In this document: one piece after another, positions 10,569 through 21,758 of the stretch
How the letters are laid out: each line of letters opens with the position of its first letter
Position numbering within the stretch: the stretch's first letter is position 1
Assembly: GCA_963824995.1 (NCBI GenBank)
Contig: CAWGRK010000002.1
Span: 62,001 to 126,000 of the forward strand
From: an uncultured Actinomycetes bacterium
GTDB taxonomy: Bacteria > Actinomycetota > Acidimicrobiia > Spongiisociales > DATADW01
Length of the DNA: 64,000 nt
Direction: 5' to 3'
Notes under the pieces: generated by a model
What the model saw: only the letters and a program-made list of their open reading frames with translations
Database searches by the model: none
Told to the model about the DNA's origin: nothing
Position numbers and translations under genes: made by a program

Positions 10569-12368
10569 TGTACGCCCGCTTCGGCGGTGCCGAGAACAAG
10601 GTGGAGCGGCCTTTGGCGCTCCTGCGGAGAGCCGCCCACTATGGAAAGGACCTGGCTCGGCCGGCTCTGTTGGCCATGCTCGCCACCCTGCTGGCCACGG
10701 CGCGAGAGATCGCCGAGCCATTGGTGATCCGTCGAGGAGTGGACGACGGCGTCGTTGCCGGTGACCTCGGCGACGCTCACAATCGCCGCCGGTCGTCTAC
10801 CTGGGGCTCCTCGCCTTCCAGTACGTCTTCGGACGATGGTCGCTCAGGCGGTGGGCAGCGTGGCCGAGCGATATCTGCGGGCCTCAGGGTCAGGGTCTTC
10901 ACCCACCTCATGTCGCTCGACATCCCCTATCTTCTCACGGTCGAAGGCAGGTGTTCTCGTCTCCCGGATGACCTCGGATATCGACGCCCTCACCCAGTTC
11001 GCCGGCTGAGGGTGCATTCAACGTGGTCAGTTCGGTCCTCACCGTGGTCGGTGTGGGCGTAGCGATGTTCTTCGTCGATCCGACGCTCGCTCTGGTCGTC
11101 ATGGGGTTGCTCCCGCTTCTGGCGCGTGGCCTCGGTGGTGTTCCGCCGCTTCGCAGATCGCGCCTACCAACAGGTCCGCGAGCAGATCGGCCAAGTACTG
11201 GCCACGCTCCAGGAGGGGATCGCCGGTGTCAGGGTGGTTCAGGCCTACACCCAGGAGGAGGGGCAGGCGACCCGCTTCGGGCGGGTCAATCGGAGCTACT
11301 ACGAGGCCAACATCGCCGCCGCCCGGGCGATCTCCACCTATTTCCCGGCCATCGACTTCATAAGGACCCTCGGCATCGCCCTTGTGCTCCTGGTGGGCGG
11401 TCTGCGGGTTGCCGACGGCCAGATGAGCTTCGGGTCATTGGTGGCGTTCTTGCTCTACCTCAACTGGTTCTTCGAGCCACTGGTCCAACTCTCCAACGTG
11501 TACAACCTGTTGCAGGCGGCGCTCGCTGCCCTATCCAAGTTGTTCGGGCTTCTCGACGAGCAGCCCGAGGTGGCGGAATCGGAGAAGGCGGTGCCGCTGC
11601 CCGAATCGGGCGCTGGTGAACTCACCTTCGAAGCGGTCACCTTCGGCTACGACCCGGCGGTGCCGGTGCTCCATCGGCGTGGATCTGATCATCCCGGCGG
11701 GGACGCGGCTCGCGGTGGTGGGGGAGACCGGTGCGGGGAAGAGCACGCTGGCCAAGCTGGCGATCAGGTTCTACGACCCGGTCGCCGGGCGAGTCTGCCT
11801 CGACGGCTCGGACCTGAGGTCGGTCACCTTCGAGTCGCTGCGCAGGCGGATCGCCTTTGTTCCCCAGGAGGGGTTCATCTTCCGCGGGTCGCTCCGGGAG
11901 AACATCGCCTTTGCCCGGCCCGACATCGATGACGAACGTATCTGGGAGGTCTGTGAGACCCTTGGGATCGACGAATGGGTGCGACGGCTCCCCGAGAGGC
12001 TCGATACCGAGTTGCGCGAGCGGGGGAGCCGGCTGTCCTCGGGCGAGCGTCAACTCGTCGCCCTGGCGAGGGCTCTCGCCGAGGCACCGGTCCTGGTCGT
12101 GCTCGACGAGGCCACCTCCAACCTCGACCCGGGGACCGAGGAGCAGGTCGAGCGGGCGTTCCAAGCACTGCTTGGAGGGCCGGACATCGATGGTGATCGC
12201 CCACCGGTCTGCAGACGGCGCAGCGAGCCGATCAGGTGGTAGTGGTCGATGACGGCCGGATCGTGGAGCAGGGGTCCCCCGACGAACTGGTCGCCCAAGG
12301 GAGGCGCGTACGCCCGACTCGCCGGCGTCTGGGCCCTCGCCGAGGAACGATCGGGTAGTAGGTGGTAG
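10568..12368 (+). CDS. Second ABC exporter half (heterodimer partner), several frameshifts
   Basis: TGATG overlap; GETGAGKST, LSSGERQL, VLDEATSNLD. Confidence 0.88.
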
Positions 12369-12369
12369 G

Positions 12370-12445
12370 GCTCGCTCGCTTGCCGTCTGCCGTCTGCCGT
12401 CTGACGGCAGCCGGCGGACGGCGAGACGGAGCGAAGCGAGCGAGC
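12370..12445. repeat. 76-nt hairpin built around a (TGCCGTC)3 array; possible terminator or REP-like element
   Basis: gctcgctcgctt (12370-81) pairs with aagcgagcgagc (12434-45); tgccgtc x3 at 12381-12401 is followed by gacggc-type complements. Confidence 0.75.
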
Positions 12446-12460
12446 TAGCGTCGCCGCACC

Positions 12461-12856
12461 GTGAGGCTCATCGGGAACATCCTCTGGTTGATTTTCGGCG
12501 GGCTGGAGATGGCCCTCGGGTACGTGATCGCCGGGTTCTTCTCCATCGTCCTGATCGTCACCATCCCGCTGGTGGTGCCGGCCTTCCGGATGGCTGGATT
12601 CTGTCTTTGGCCCTTTGGTAGGGCAATGGTGCGACAGCCGGGGGCGGGTGCGGGCTCGGCGATGGCGAATGTCGTCTGGTTCATCCTCTTTGGATGGTTG
12701 CTCGCTCTTGGCCACGTCTTCTTCGGTGTCCTGCTCTGCATCACGATCATCGGCATCCCATTTGGCGTGGCCCATTTCAAGCTGGCCGGGCTGGCAGTTG
12801 CGGCCGTACGGAAAGGACATCGTCGAACCTCAGCCAGATCCGCAGCGCCGTACTGA
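12461..12856 (+). CDS. YccF-domain membrane protein
   Basis: GNILWLIFGG, LWPFGR, CITIIGIPFGVAHFKLA. Confidence 0.9.
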   Translation: MRLIGNILWLIFGGLEMALGYVIAGFFSIVLIVTIPLVVPAFRMAGFCLWPFGRAMVRQPGAGAGSAMANVVWFILFGWLLALGHVFFGVLLCITIIGIPFGVAHFKLAGLAVAAVRKGHRRTSARSAAPY

Positions 12857-12881
12857 TTCACGTCACGGTGGTGCCGCTCGG

Positions 12882-13996
12882 GTGAGCAACTTGCCATGGG
12901 CCTACTTGGCCGAGTTCTCCGAACCCGACGGGTATCTCGACTTCGCCGGGATCGGGCCGGTCTCCCGGCGGGTCGAGGAGGCCCTCAACGCCGAGACGGG
13001 AGCAATCCGCGAGGCCGCCGAACCGCTCGGTTCCCGTTTCGAGCGCACCATCGGAGAGGCAGTCGCCGGAGCAGCCCGGTTCCTCGGTGTCCAGCCCCGA
13101 AATGTGGGGATCATCGGTTCCACGGGTGTCGGCATCTTCCATGTCGCCTTTGGCCTGCCGGGGGCAACGTGGTGGTACCGGCGGGAGAGTTCCCCGCCAA
13201 CCTCTACCCCTGGTTTCGGGCGGAGCAGGCTGGGATCATCGACGAGGTCAGATCGGTCCGGTCCCTGACGGTCGGCTCGGTCGCCGATGTCCTCCGGCCG
13301 TATGTCGATCGGACACCTCGGCGCTCGCCCTCAGTTCGGTCGACTATCTGACCGGCTTCCGGGCCGACCTCGAGGCGATGCGGGAACTCGCTGGTGATGC
13401 CCTGCTCGTGGTGGACGCCATCCAGGGATTCGGAGCGTTCCCTTGGCTCTCGAGCCTGCCGACGTCGTGGTCGCAGGCGGGCAGAAGTGGCTGCGAGCGG
13501 GCATGGGGGTGGCGGTGATGGCGGTGACGAGTCGGGCGATGGAACGGCTCGAGCCGACGCTGAGTGGTTGGCTCGGGGTCGCCGAGCCGTTTGACTTTCG
13601 AACTCCCCGTGCCCACAGCCGGTCCACGCTTCCGCCCTCCGTTATCAGATGAGCGCACCGCCCTTCCCGGCCGCTGCCGGGATCACTCGCGGCATTCGAG
13701 GTACTGGATCTTGCGGGAATCGACATGATCTCCGAGGCCGTGCTCGATCGCTCGGCCGCAGTGGAGGAGTCGGGACGGAGAGCGGGCGCCGAGGTGTTGG
13801 CACCGTGGCAATCGGACAGCGAGCGTTCGGGCGTGGTCAGCCTGCGGATGCCCGACGAGCCGCCCGAGGCAACTCTGGCCCGGTTGGCCTCGGCCGAGTA
13901 CACCGCCTCGGTTCGGCGAGGCTGGCTCCGGCTGTCACCGCACGCCACCACGCCACCGCCACCATCGAGTATCTGGCACGGGTACTCGGCGGCTGA
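12882..13996 (+). CDS. Class V aminotransferase/PLP enzyme (several frameshifts)
   Basis: [33 protein letters not shown] (PLP lysine), LRLSPH. Confidence 0.85.
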
Positions 13997-14087
13997 AGGT
14001 CGACACCATCTGGGTGAGCTTGCTCACCCGGATCGATTGGGACGTTCGCCTCTTGCTCGACCACAGATCGAAGACGAGGCTTGAAGC

Positions 14088-15451
14088 ATGGGTAGGCACT
14101 GCGTGGACCGAGTGAGCCGAGCCGATGCGACCTTCCTGGGGGCCGGCAGTCTCCCTCGGCCGTGGCACATGGCTGCCGTTCTTCGCATCTCCGGCGGCGT
14201 CCTCGCCGAAGGAATGGAACTCGATCTCCTCCGGGCCGAACTCGAGGCGCGGTCCCGTCGAGTGCCGCGGCTCCGACAGGGTCTGCGATGGCCGCCCTTT
14301 GGGTTTGGCCGGCCGTACTGGGTAGATGACGACGACTTCCGCATCGAACGCCACGTCGAGGTCGTGAGCGGCGCGGGCGGCGACAGAGAACACCTCCTCG
14401 CCGTTGCCGAGGAGGTGCTGGCGTGCCGCTTCGACTACCGGCATCCCCGTGGAAGCTGGTCTTCGTCGACGGATTGGATGGCGGCGACAGCGGGTTGGTC
14501 GTGGTGCTCGACCACGCTCTCGCTGATGGGCTCGGCGGAATCGCCGTGCTGACGGCGTTGCTCGATCCCGGGCCCGCCGCAGCACTTCCATGGGAGCCGG
14601 CACCGCCGCCCAGCTTGGTCGATGTCGCCTTGGACCGGGTGACGGGGTGGTGGAGGGCGGTTCTCCGCGGTCTCCGGCTTCTCTCTCGGCCGGTGAGCAC
14701 TGTTCGATCGTGGCGGGAGGCGTGGGACGTGCTGCTCGCCGGCGGGCCCTCGGCAATGACATCGCTCAACCATCCCAACGGTGTCTCTCGCCGGTTGGTG
14801 GCGGTGAACGTCGACTTGGAGGAATTTCATGCAATGGCCCGGAGCGCCGGCGGCACCATCAACGACGCCGTCCTGGCAGCGGTTGCCACCGGGCTGGAGC
14901 GGCTGAACGCAGCTCGCGGTGAGACGCCGGAGTTGCTTTACGCCTCGATACCGGTGGCGTTGCAACAGAGAGGCTCGGCGAACGAGTTGGGCAACCGGGT
15001 GACGGGGATGCGGGTCCCGCTTCGAATGGGTCCGGGCACGTTCACATCCCGCATCAAACAGATCGCCGGATACACACGGATGCACAAGGCTTACCGGCTC
15101 GACCCGGCGGCGGTGGGACTCTTCGCCGCGGTGCGCAACCTTTTCGGCTCGTCCCTGGGGCGTTGGTACATCGCAAGGCAGCGACTGATCAACGTCTTCG
15201 TGACAAACATGGTCGGCCCGTCCGAGCCGCTCTCGATGCTTGGCGCCGAGGTGTTCGACATCGTGCCGGTTGCGCCAATCTCAGGGAACGTCCCCATCGC
15301 CATCGGCGTGCTCTCCTACGCAGGGACCCTGACCGTGTCGGTCAACGCCGATCCCGATGCGGTTCCCGACCTCGATGTCTTCTTCGACGGCCTGCGCCAG
15401 GCAATGGCCGAAACGAGGGCTGAGCAACCTGTCGGCACCCTGGCTGATTAG
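14088..15451 (+). CDS. Wax ester synthase/diacylglycerol acyltransferase family (frameshift near 14445)
   Basis: DATFL, PYWVDDDDF, DHALADG, TINDAVLA, LGNRV, VTNMVGP, VLSYAG. Confidence 0.88.
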
Positions 15452-15669
15452 GTCGACGACGACGCCTCGATCCGCCGCTTTGCCATCTCCAGGTATCCGG
15501 GGCCGGTCTCGTAAACCGTCGGCCACCACCATGTCGGTGGTGACCGCGGTCAACCTGCGGACATCGAGCCGAGGAGTCATGACCCCCGCGCTTTCCAGCG
15601 CCGAACGACGATGTGGATGTCCCCAGCCGGATCTCCTCGGACGTGAGGCGAGGTTGCCATCCGCTGGGC

Positions 15670-15749
15670 CGATTGATCTGGGTCGATTGATCTGGGTCGT
15701 TAGATCTGGGCGATTGATCTGGGCCGGATCTGGGCCGATGAATGATCTG
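15670..15749. repeat. Degenerate 14-bp tandem repeat (CGATTGATCTGGGY, about 5-6 copies)
   Basis: GATC at 15675, 15689, 15703, 15716, 15727 and 15744. Confidence 0.8.
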
Positions 15750-15869
15750 CCAGCTGGCGCAACTTCAGGACACGGTTAAGGTGCCACCGGCCCAGGCTGA
15801 CTCGCCTGGGCTGTTGCGCGGTAGGGCCGATCAGGTTGCGCAATCAAGTAGCGGAGATGGAGGTTCCCA

Positions 15870-16527
15870 ATGAGACGATCCTTGGCGCGGCGCGTCGTGG
15901 TCGCGTGCGGTCATCACGGCGGCGCTGCTGTCGCCGGGGGTGGCAGTTGCCGACGAACCGGATGAGATCAGGATCCTGTTCCCACACCGGGGACCAACCG
16001 AATTCACCGACACCTTCGGGGCGGCCCGTTCTGGGGGCAGGTCGCACCAGGGCAACGACCTCATGACCGAGAAGATGACGCCGGTGGTCGCCGTTGCCGA
16101 CGGCGTCGTGGTCGAGGTACGCATCGAGCAGCACCCCCTCGCCGGGTACTCGGTGGTGTTAGACCATGGCGACGGCCTCACCTCCCACTACCTGCACCTC
16201 AACAATGACACCCCAGGGTCGGACGACGGTGCCGCCACTTTCGAGATGACCTTCGCCGCCGGTCTTCATGTTGGACAGCGTGTGACGGCCGGCGAGCAGA
16301 TCGCCTGGTCGGGCGATAGTGGCAATGCCGAGTGGACCGGGCCCCACACGCATTTCGAACTGCGGATCAACGACAGTGCGATCAATCCCTACCCGTACCT
16401 GGTCGCCGCATGGGAGCGGTATCGCTGGGCGATCCTCATCGAGTCGGGGCGGTGCCTTTCCGCTGAGACGGCGGGCGGAAGACTGAAGGCAGAAGTCAGA
16501 GGTCGGAGGTCGGAGGTCGGAGCCTGA
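15870..16527 (+). CDS. M23-family metallopeptidase, secreted (frameshift in signal region; true stop may be near 16466)
   Basis: HQGND (HxxxD), YLHLNND, GDSGNA...PHTHFE (HxH). Confidence 0.88.
16476..16522 (-). repeat. 7-bp tandem array at a convergent gene junction
   Basis: + strand cggaaga ctgaagg cagaagt cagaggt cggaggt cggaggt cggag. Confidence 0.8.
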
Positions 16528-16977
16528 CTGCATCGTCCAGTGCTGCTACCTCGGCGGCAACGTCCATGACCGGCCTGTCGTCGGACGAACACGACCGCCT
16601 GTTCCACGCTCCGGCGCATCGGGAACGAGACCGACGGTGGCGTTGTCGACCACCCATATTCGGCGCCTCACCCGCGCCGCCGCCACGGCCGCCGCCCATC
16701 CTTCGATGACCTCCCTTGGTGACGAGGCGAATGACCTCTCCCGGTCGTCGTGAGCGGCTTCCCCTACGAGGACGGCCGAAAAGCAATGGAGCGCCGCCGC
16801 CTCGACATGGGACGGATCGGACACGTCGCCGAGCGCCACCTTGACCCGTCGCTCCTTGAGCGATACCCCGACCGCCGGGTCGGTCACGAACGCCCTGACC
16901 TCTCCCTGGCGTGCCAGGAGACCTTCGATCGACGCCAAGCCGATCTCGGTGTCGGCCCCGACGACGATGACTGGCAT
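16496..16977 (-). CDS. Short NAD(P)-binding/NmrA-like protein (frameshifted C-terminus)
   Basis: MPVIVVGADTEIG...VRAFV...VALGDVSD. Confidence 0.7.
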
Positions 16978-17006
16978 GGTCGGCTCACGGTAGGGGGTTT
17001 GGATTG

Positions 17007-17057
17007 TCTGCCGTCTGCCGTCTGCCGTCTCGCCGGCCACCACCTACCACCTACCAC
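17007..17057 (+). repeat. Two adjacent heptamer arrays, (TCTGCCG)3 and (CTACCAC)2-3
   Basis: Read directly at 17007-17027 and 17037-17057. Confidence 0.8.
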
Positions 17058-17099
17058 CGGACAGGTACACTCCCCGCCCCCCGTCTCCCCGGTTGGTTG

Positions 17100-20000
17100 A
17101 TGCACTCCACCTTGCCGGCATGGATCGATCCCAGCTTCGAACACGATGCGTGCGGCGTCGGGCTCATAGCCGCCCGCGACGGGCGGTCCTCGTTCCGGAT
17201 GCTGCGGCTGGCGGTCGAGTGCCTGGTCCGGCTCGACCACCGCGGCGCCAAGGCAGCCGACGGCACCGGTGACGGCGCCGGCCTGCTCACCGAGCTGCCT
17301 TATCAGATCATGGAGCGACACTTGGAGGTGGTCGCTCCCGAGGTGCCGGAGCGGGAGCGGCTCGGGTTGGTCATGGCGTTCCTCCCCGCCGATCGACCAG
17401 GGGACGGGCGAGCGATCGTCGACGAGGCCCTTGGCGACCGAGGAGATCGGTTTGCTCTCGTGGCGCGTGGTGCCCATCGACCCGGCGGCGCTGTCGCAAC
17501 GGGCCACTGCCTCGCTCCCTCGAATCGAGCAGGCGATCGTGGCCGCACCGCCCGGGTGGGATGAGGAGACCTTCGAGCGACGTCTCTTCCTCGCCCGGAA
17601 GGCGATGGAGCGCAAGGGTGACCCATCTCGAAGGGTTCACCATCCCGTCCGCATCGTGCCGCACCGTCGTCTACAAAGGGCTGTTCACCGCCAGCAAGAT
17701 CGACCAGTTCTACTGGGACCTGCGCGACCCGACGTTCGAGACCTCGTTCGCCATCTTCCACCAGCGTTACTCGACCAACACGTTCCCGTCGTGGTCGATC
17801 GCCCAGCCGTTCCGCAGCGTCGCCCACAACGGCGAGATCAACACCATCCGTTCCAACCGGGCGTGGATGGTGGGGCGTGAGGTGAACGCCACCTCGCAGG
17901 TTTGGGGGGAGCGGATCGGCGAGCTCCGACCGTTCCTCGAGTCGGAGCAGTCGGACTCGGGCAGCTTGGACAACGCCTTCGAGCTACTCCTCCGCACCGG
18001 TCGATCGCTTGGCCCACGTCAAGGAGATGCTGCTCCCCGCAGCCTGGGAGAACCTCCCTGATCTCGATCCAGAGCTGCGCGGCTTCTACGAGTACCACGC
18101 CTTTCTCACCGAGCCATGGGATGGGCCGGCTGCGATCGCCGCCACCGACGGCAAGATCCTGCTGGCCGCCATGGACCGCAACGGGCTGCGACCGGCCCGG
18201 TGGGCGATCACCCCCGACGTGGTGCTGGTCGCTTCTGAGGCCGGGGTGTGCCCGGTGGAGGAGGCTCAGGCCATGGCCACCGGTCAGCTCGGCCCGGGAG
18301 AGACGATCACCTTCGAGCCGGCGACGGGGCGCATCGCCTTCGCCGACGAGATCCGCGTCTGAGCTCGCCGCCCTAGCGCCGTACCGGTCGTGGGTCGATG
18401 CCGAAACGCTCTATGTGCAGGACCCATTCGACCCGCTGCAGGACGACCGTTTCGACCCGACACGGTTCAGCCGGGTCTTCGGGTACACCCCCGAGGAGCG
18501 CCGCATGGTGCTCACGGACATGGCCGAGGGGAAGACCCCGACCGGGTCGATGGGGAACGACACGCCGCTGGCCGTCCTCTCGACGACACCTCGGCGGATC
18601 ACCCACTACTTCCACGAGTTGTTCGCCCAGGTGACCAACCCGCCGATGGATCACATCCGCGAGGAACTGGTCATGTCGCTGCGCACCTACCTCGGAGCGG
18701 CGCGGCTCTCTGCTCGAAGAGACCGCCCAGCAGGCTCATCTCATCGAATTGGCGTCGCCGGTCTTGTCGGATGCCGAGTTGGAGCGAATCGTGCGTGCCG
18801 CCGACCCACGCTTCTTCTCCTACTGGATCGGCGCCGTGTTCCCCGCCGCAGAGGGCGGCGACGGGCTGCGGCGCCGGGTGATCGAGGTGTGCGACGAGGC
18901 GGAGGAGGCGGTCCGGGGCGGGGCCAGCATCGTGGTGCTCTCCGACCGCGAGGTCGACGGGGACAACGCTCCCATCCCGATGCTGCTGGCGGTAGGAGCG
19001 GTTCATCACCGACTGATCGAGACCGGGCATCCGCATGGAGCGCCTCGATCGTCGTTGTGTCGGCGGAACCCCGTGACTCCCACGACCTGGCCTGTCTGAT
19101 CGCGTTCGGCGCCTCGGCGGTGAACCCCTATCTCGCCATCGAGCAGTGCTCGGGCGCTGGCCGAGGCAGACGAGATCGCGGTCGACCCGGTCGTGGCACA
19201 GGAGAACTACCGGGCGGCGCTCAACGGCGGGCTGCTCAAGGTCATGTCGAAGATGGGGATCTGCACGGTCTCTGCCTATCGCGGGAGCGAGTTGTTCGAG
19301 GTCATCGGGCTCGATGACGAGGTGGCGGAACTGGCATTCCGTTTCGCACCGAGGAGGATGCCCGGGGCTGGCTTCGACCGGCTAGCCGCTCATGCTCTCG
19401 AATGGCACAAGCGGTTCGCTGACGGCGAGGAGGACCCCGGCGGGTTCTACAAGCACCGGGGTGGCGGCGGTGCTCCACGTCACCGGTCCGGCTGTGGTCC
19501 TCGCCGCGCAGAGGGCGGCGCGTTCGGGCGATCCGGCCGACTGGCAGTCCTACCTCGACAAGATCAACGACCGGCCGCCCATCACTGGTGCGCGACCTGC
19601 TCGAGTTCACCGACCGGCGACCGGTCCCGGTCGACGAGGTGGAGCCTGCCGAGTTCATCATGCGCCGCTTCGTCGGAGCTGCCATGTCTCATGGCGCCCT
19701 TCCAAAGGAGGCGCACGAAGCCTCGCCGAGGCGATGAATGTCATCGGCGCCCTCTCCAACTCCGGGGAGGGCGGCGAGGCGCCGGAGCGGTACGGCTCAT
19801 CACGCAACTCGGGGATCAAGCAGGTGGCATCGGGGCGGTTCGGGGTCACTCCCGTCTACCTGGCTTCGGCCGAGGAACTCCAGATCAAGATGGCTCAAGG
19901 GTCGAAGCCGGGGGAGGGAGGCCAGCTCCCCGGGCACAAGGTCTCGCTTGGAGATCGCCCGATTGCGCCACACCGACCCGGGCATCACCCTGATCTCCCC

Positions 20001-21525
20001 GCCGCCCGCATCACGACATCTACTCGATCGAGGACCTCGCCCAACTCATCTACGACCTCAAGGCATTCAGCCCGATGACCCGGGTCTCGGTGAAGCTGGT
20101 GTCGGAGCCTGGCGTGGGCACGGTGGCGGTCGGGTGTGGCCAAGGCGCAGGCCGACGCCATTCTCATCTCGGGGGCCGAGGGTGGCACCGGGGCATCGCC
20201 GCTGATCTCGATCAAGCACGCCGGGTCTCCATGGGAGTTCGGGCTGGCGGAGGCCCACCAGGTGCTGGTGGCCAACGGCCTCCGCTCCCGGGTTGCCCTG
20301 GAGACCGACGGCGGTCTCAGGACCGGGCGTGACGTGGTGATCGCCGCCCTGCTCGGCGCCGAGCGGTTCGGCTTCGGCACGCTCCCACTGCTGGCTCTGG
20401 GCTGCAAGATGGTGAGGCAGTGCCACCTCAACACCTGCCCGGTCGGGATCGCAACCCAGCAGGAGGATCTCAGGGCCAAGTTCACCGGGGCGCCCGAGCA
20501 GGTGGTCAGCCATCTTCCGATTGCTCGCCGAGGAGATGCGGCTCTACCTGGCGGCTCTCGGCGCCCGCACCGTCGGCGAGGTCATCGGCCGGGCCGACCT
20601 CCTCCGACCGGCCGATGGGGCCCCTCCGGTTGCAGCCACCCTCAAGCCGATGCTGATACGTGCCGAGGGCCGGCGCCGCCATCCCGGCTATCTCCCCATC
20701 GAGCGTCCGGTCCTGGTGCAGAGGATCCTCGAGGATGTCAAGCCGGCGCTGGAGGGCGGCGAGCCGGTAGATCTCTCATACCCGATAGCCAACGTAGACC
20801 GGACTGTGGGCGCCACTGTCTCCGGTGAGGTGACCAAGCGGTACGGCGCCGATGGGCTCCCCGACGGGACGATCACGGTGAGGCTCTCGGGAACCGCCGG
20901 CCAGAGCTTCGGCGCCTGGCTCGCCCCGGGGATCACCCTTCGCCTCGACGGCCCAGCAAACGACTACGTCGGCAAGGGGTTGGGCGGTGGCCGGATCGTG
21001 GTGGCACCCCGCCTGGCGGCGGGAGATGGGACCGAACTCCGGCGGAGGGTTCCCCAGGCGGCCGGTAACGCCGTCCTCTATGGGGCAACCGCCGGCGAGC
21101 TCTTCATGGCGGGACATGCTGGGCAGCGGTTTGCGGTGCGCAACAGCGGCGCCACCGCAGTGGTCGAGGGCGCATCCGACCATTGTTGCGAGTACATGAC
21201 CGGCGGTGTGGTGGTCGTTCTGGGGAGGGTCGGCCGCAACCTCGCCGCCGGGATGACCGGTGGGGTCGCCTATGTATGGGACCCCAACCTCGAGGTCAAC
21301 CGGGTGCTCGCCGACACGGCACCCGCCATGCGACGCCTCCTCGAGTCGGAGGCCGCCGAGCTGCGCTTCCTGGTCGAGCGCCACCTCATGGAGACATCCA
21401 GCGCCACGGCCCGATCGATCCTCGACGACTGGCCCCGCGAGGTCGGCCGCTTCTGGGTTCTCCGTGCCAAGGACCCCGATATTCCCTCCCGTCCCGTAGG
21501 GGAGCGACTGACGGTTAATGCATAA
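17100..21525 (+). CDS. gltB: Glutamate synthase large subunit (many frameshifts)
   Basis: HDACGVG N-terminal Cys, [48 protein letters not shown], [24 protein letters not shown]. Confidence 0.95.
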
Positions 21526-21552
21526 AGGCTGGACGCCGTCTGCCCTCAGCTA

Positions 21553-21580
21553 CTTCCGTCTTCCGCCTTCCGTCTTCCGA
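21553..21580 (+). repeat. (CTTCCGH)4 heptamer array downstream of gltB
   Basis: cttccgt cttccgc cttccgt cttccga. Confidence 0.85.
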
Positions 21581-21602
21581 CCGGTCCCAGGGAACATACG
21601 TT

Positions 21603-21698
21603 CCCCCTCCAGCGTTGAAATGAGCACACGGCCGGGGGGCCGAAGGTTTCCCCTCCCCACCCTTCGGAACTGCCCCCCGGCCGTTCTCTTGGAGGGGG
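21603..21698. other. Large GC-rich stem-loop between gltB and sufB
   Basis: ccccctcca/tggaggggg; acggccggggggc/gccccccggccgt (13 bp perfect); cgaagg/ccttcg. Confidence 0.7.
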
Positions 21699-21713
21699 GC
21701 GCTGGTAGGATCC

Positions 21714-21729
21714 CACTACGGCGATAGTG
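21714..21729. promoter_or_regulatory. Candidate Suf operator palindrome, copy 1
   Basis: CACTAC-ggcg-ATAGTG just after a TAGGAT -10-like hexamer. Confidence 0.6.
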
Positions 21730-21758
21730 GAAAATCTCATTGAGGGAGTTGGTCTGAT

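Noticed and set aside
12615..13268. YccF-aminotransferase fusion ORF
   Set aside because: It arises from frameshifts near the YccF end; the aminotransferase has a plausible GTG at 12882.
15750..15869. c-di-AMP or other riboswitch upstream of the M23 peptidase
   Set aside because: Only a short cccaggc/gcctggg hairpin is present, and I could not match any riboswitch consensus.
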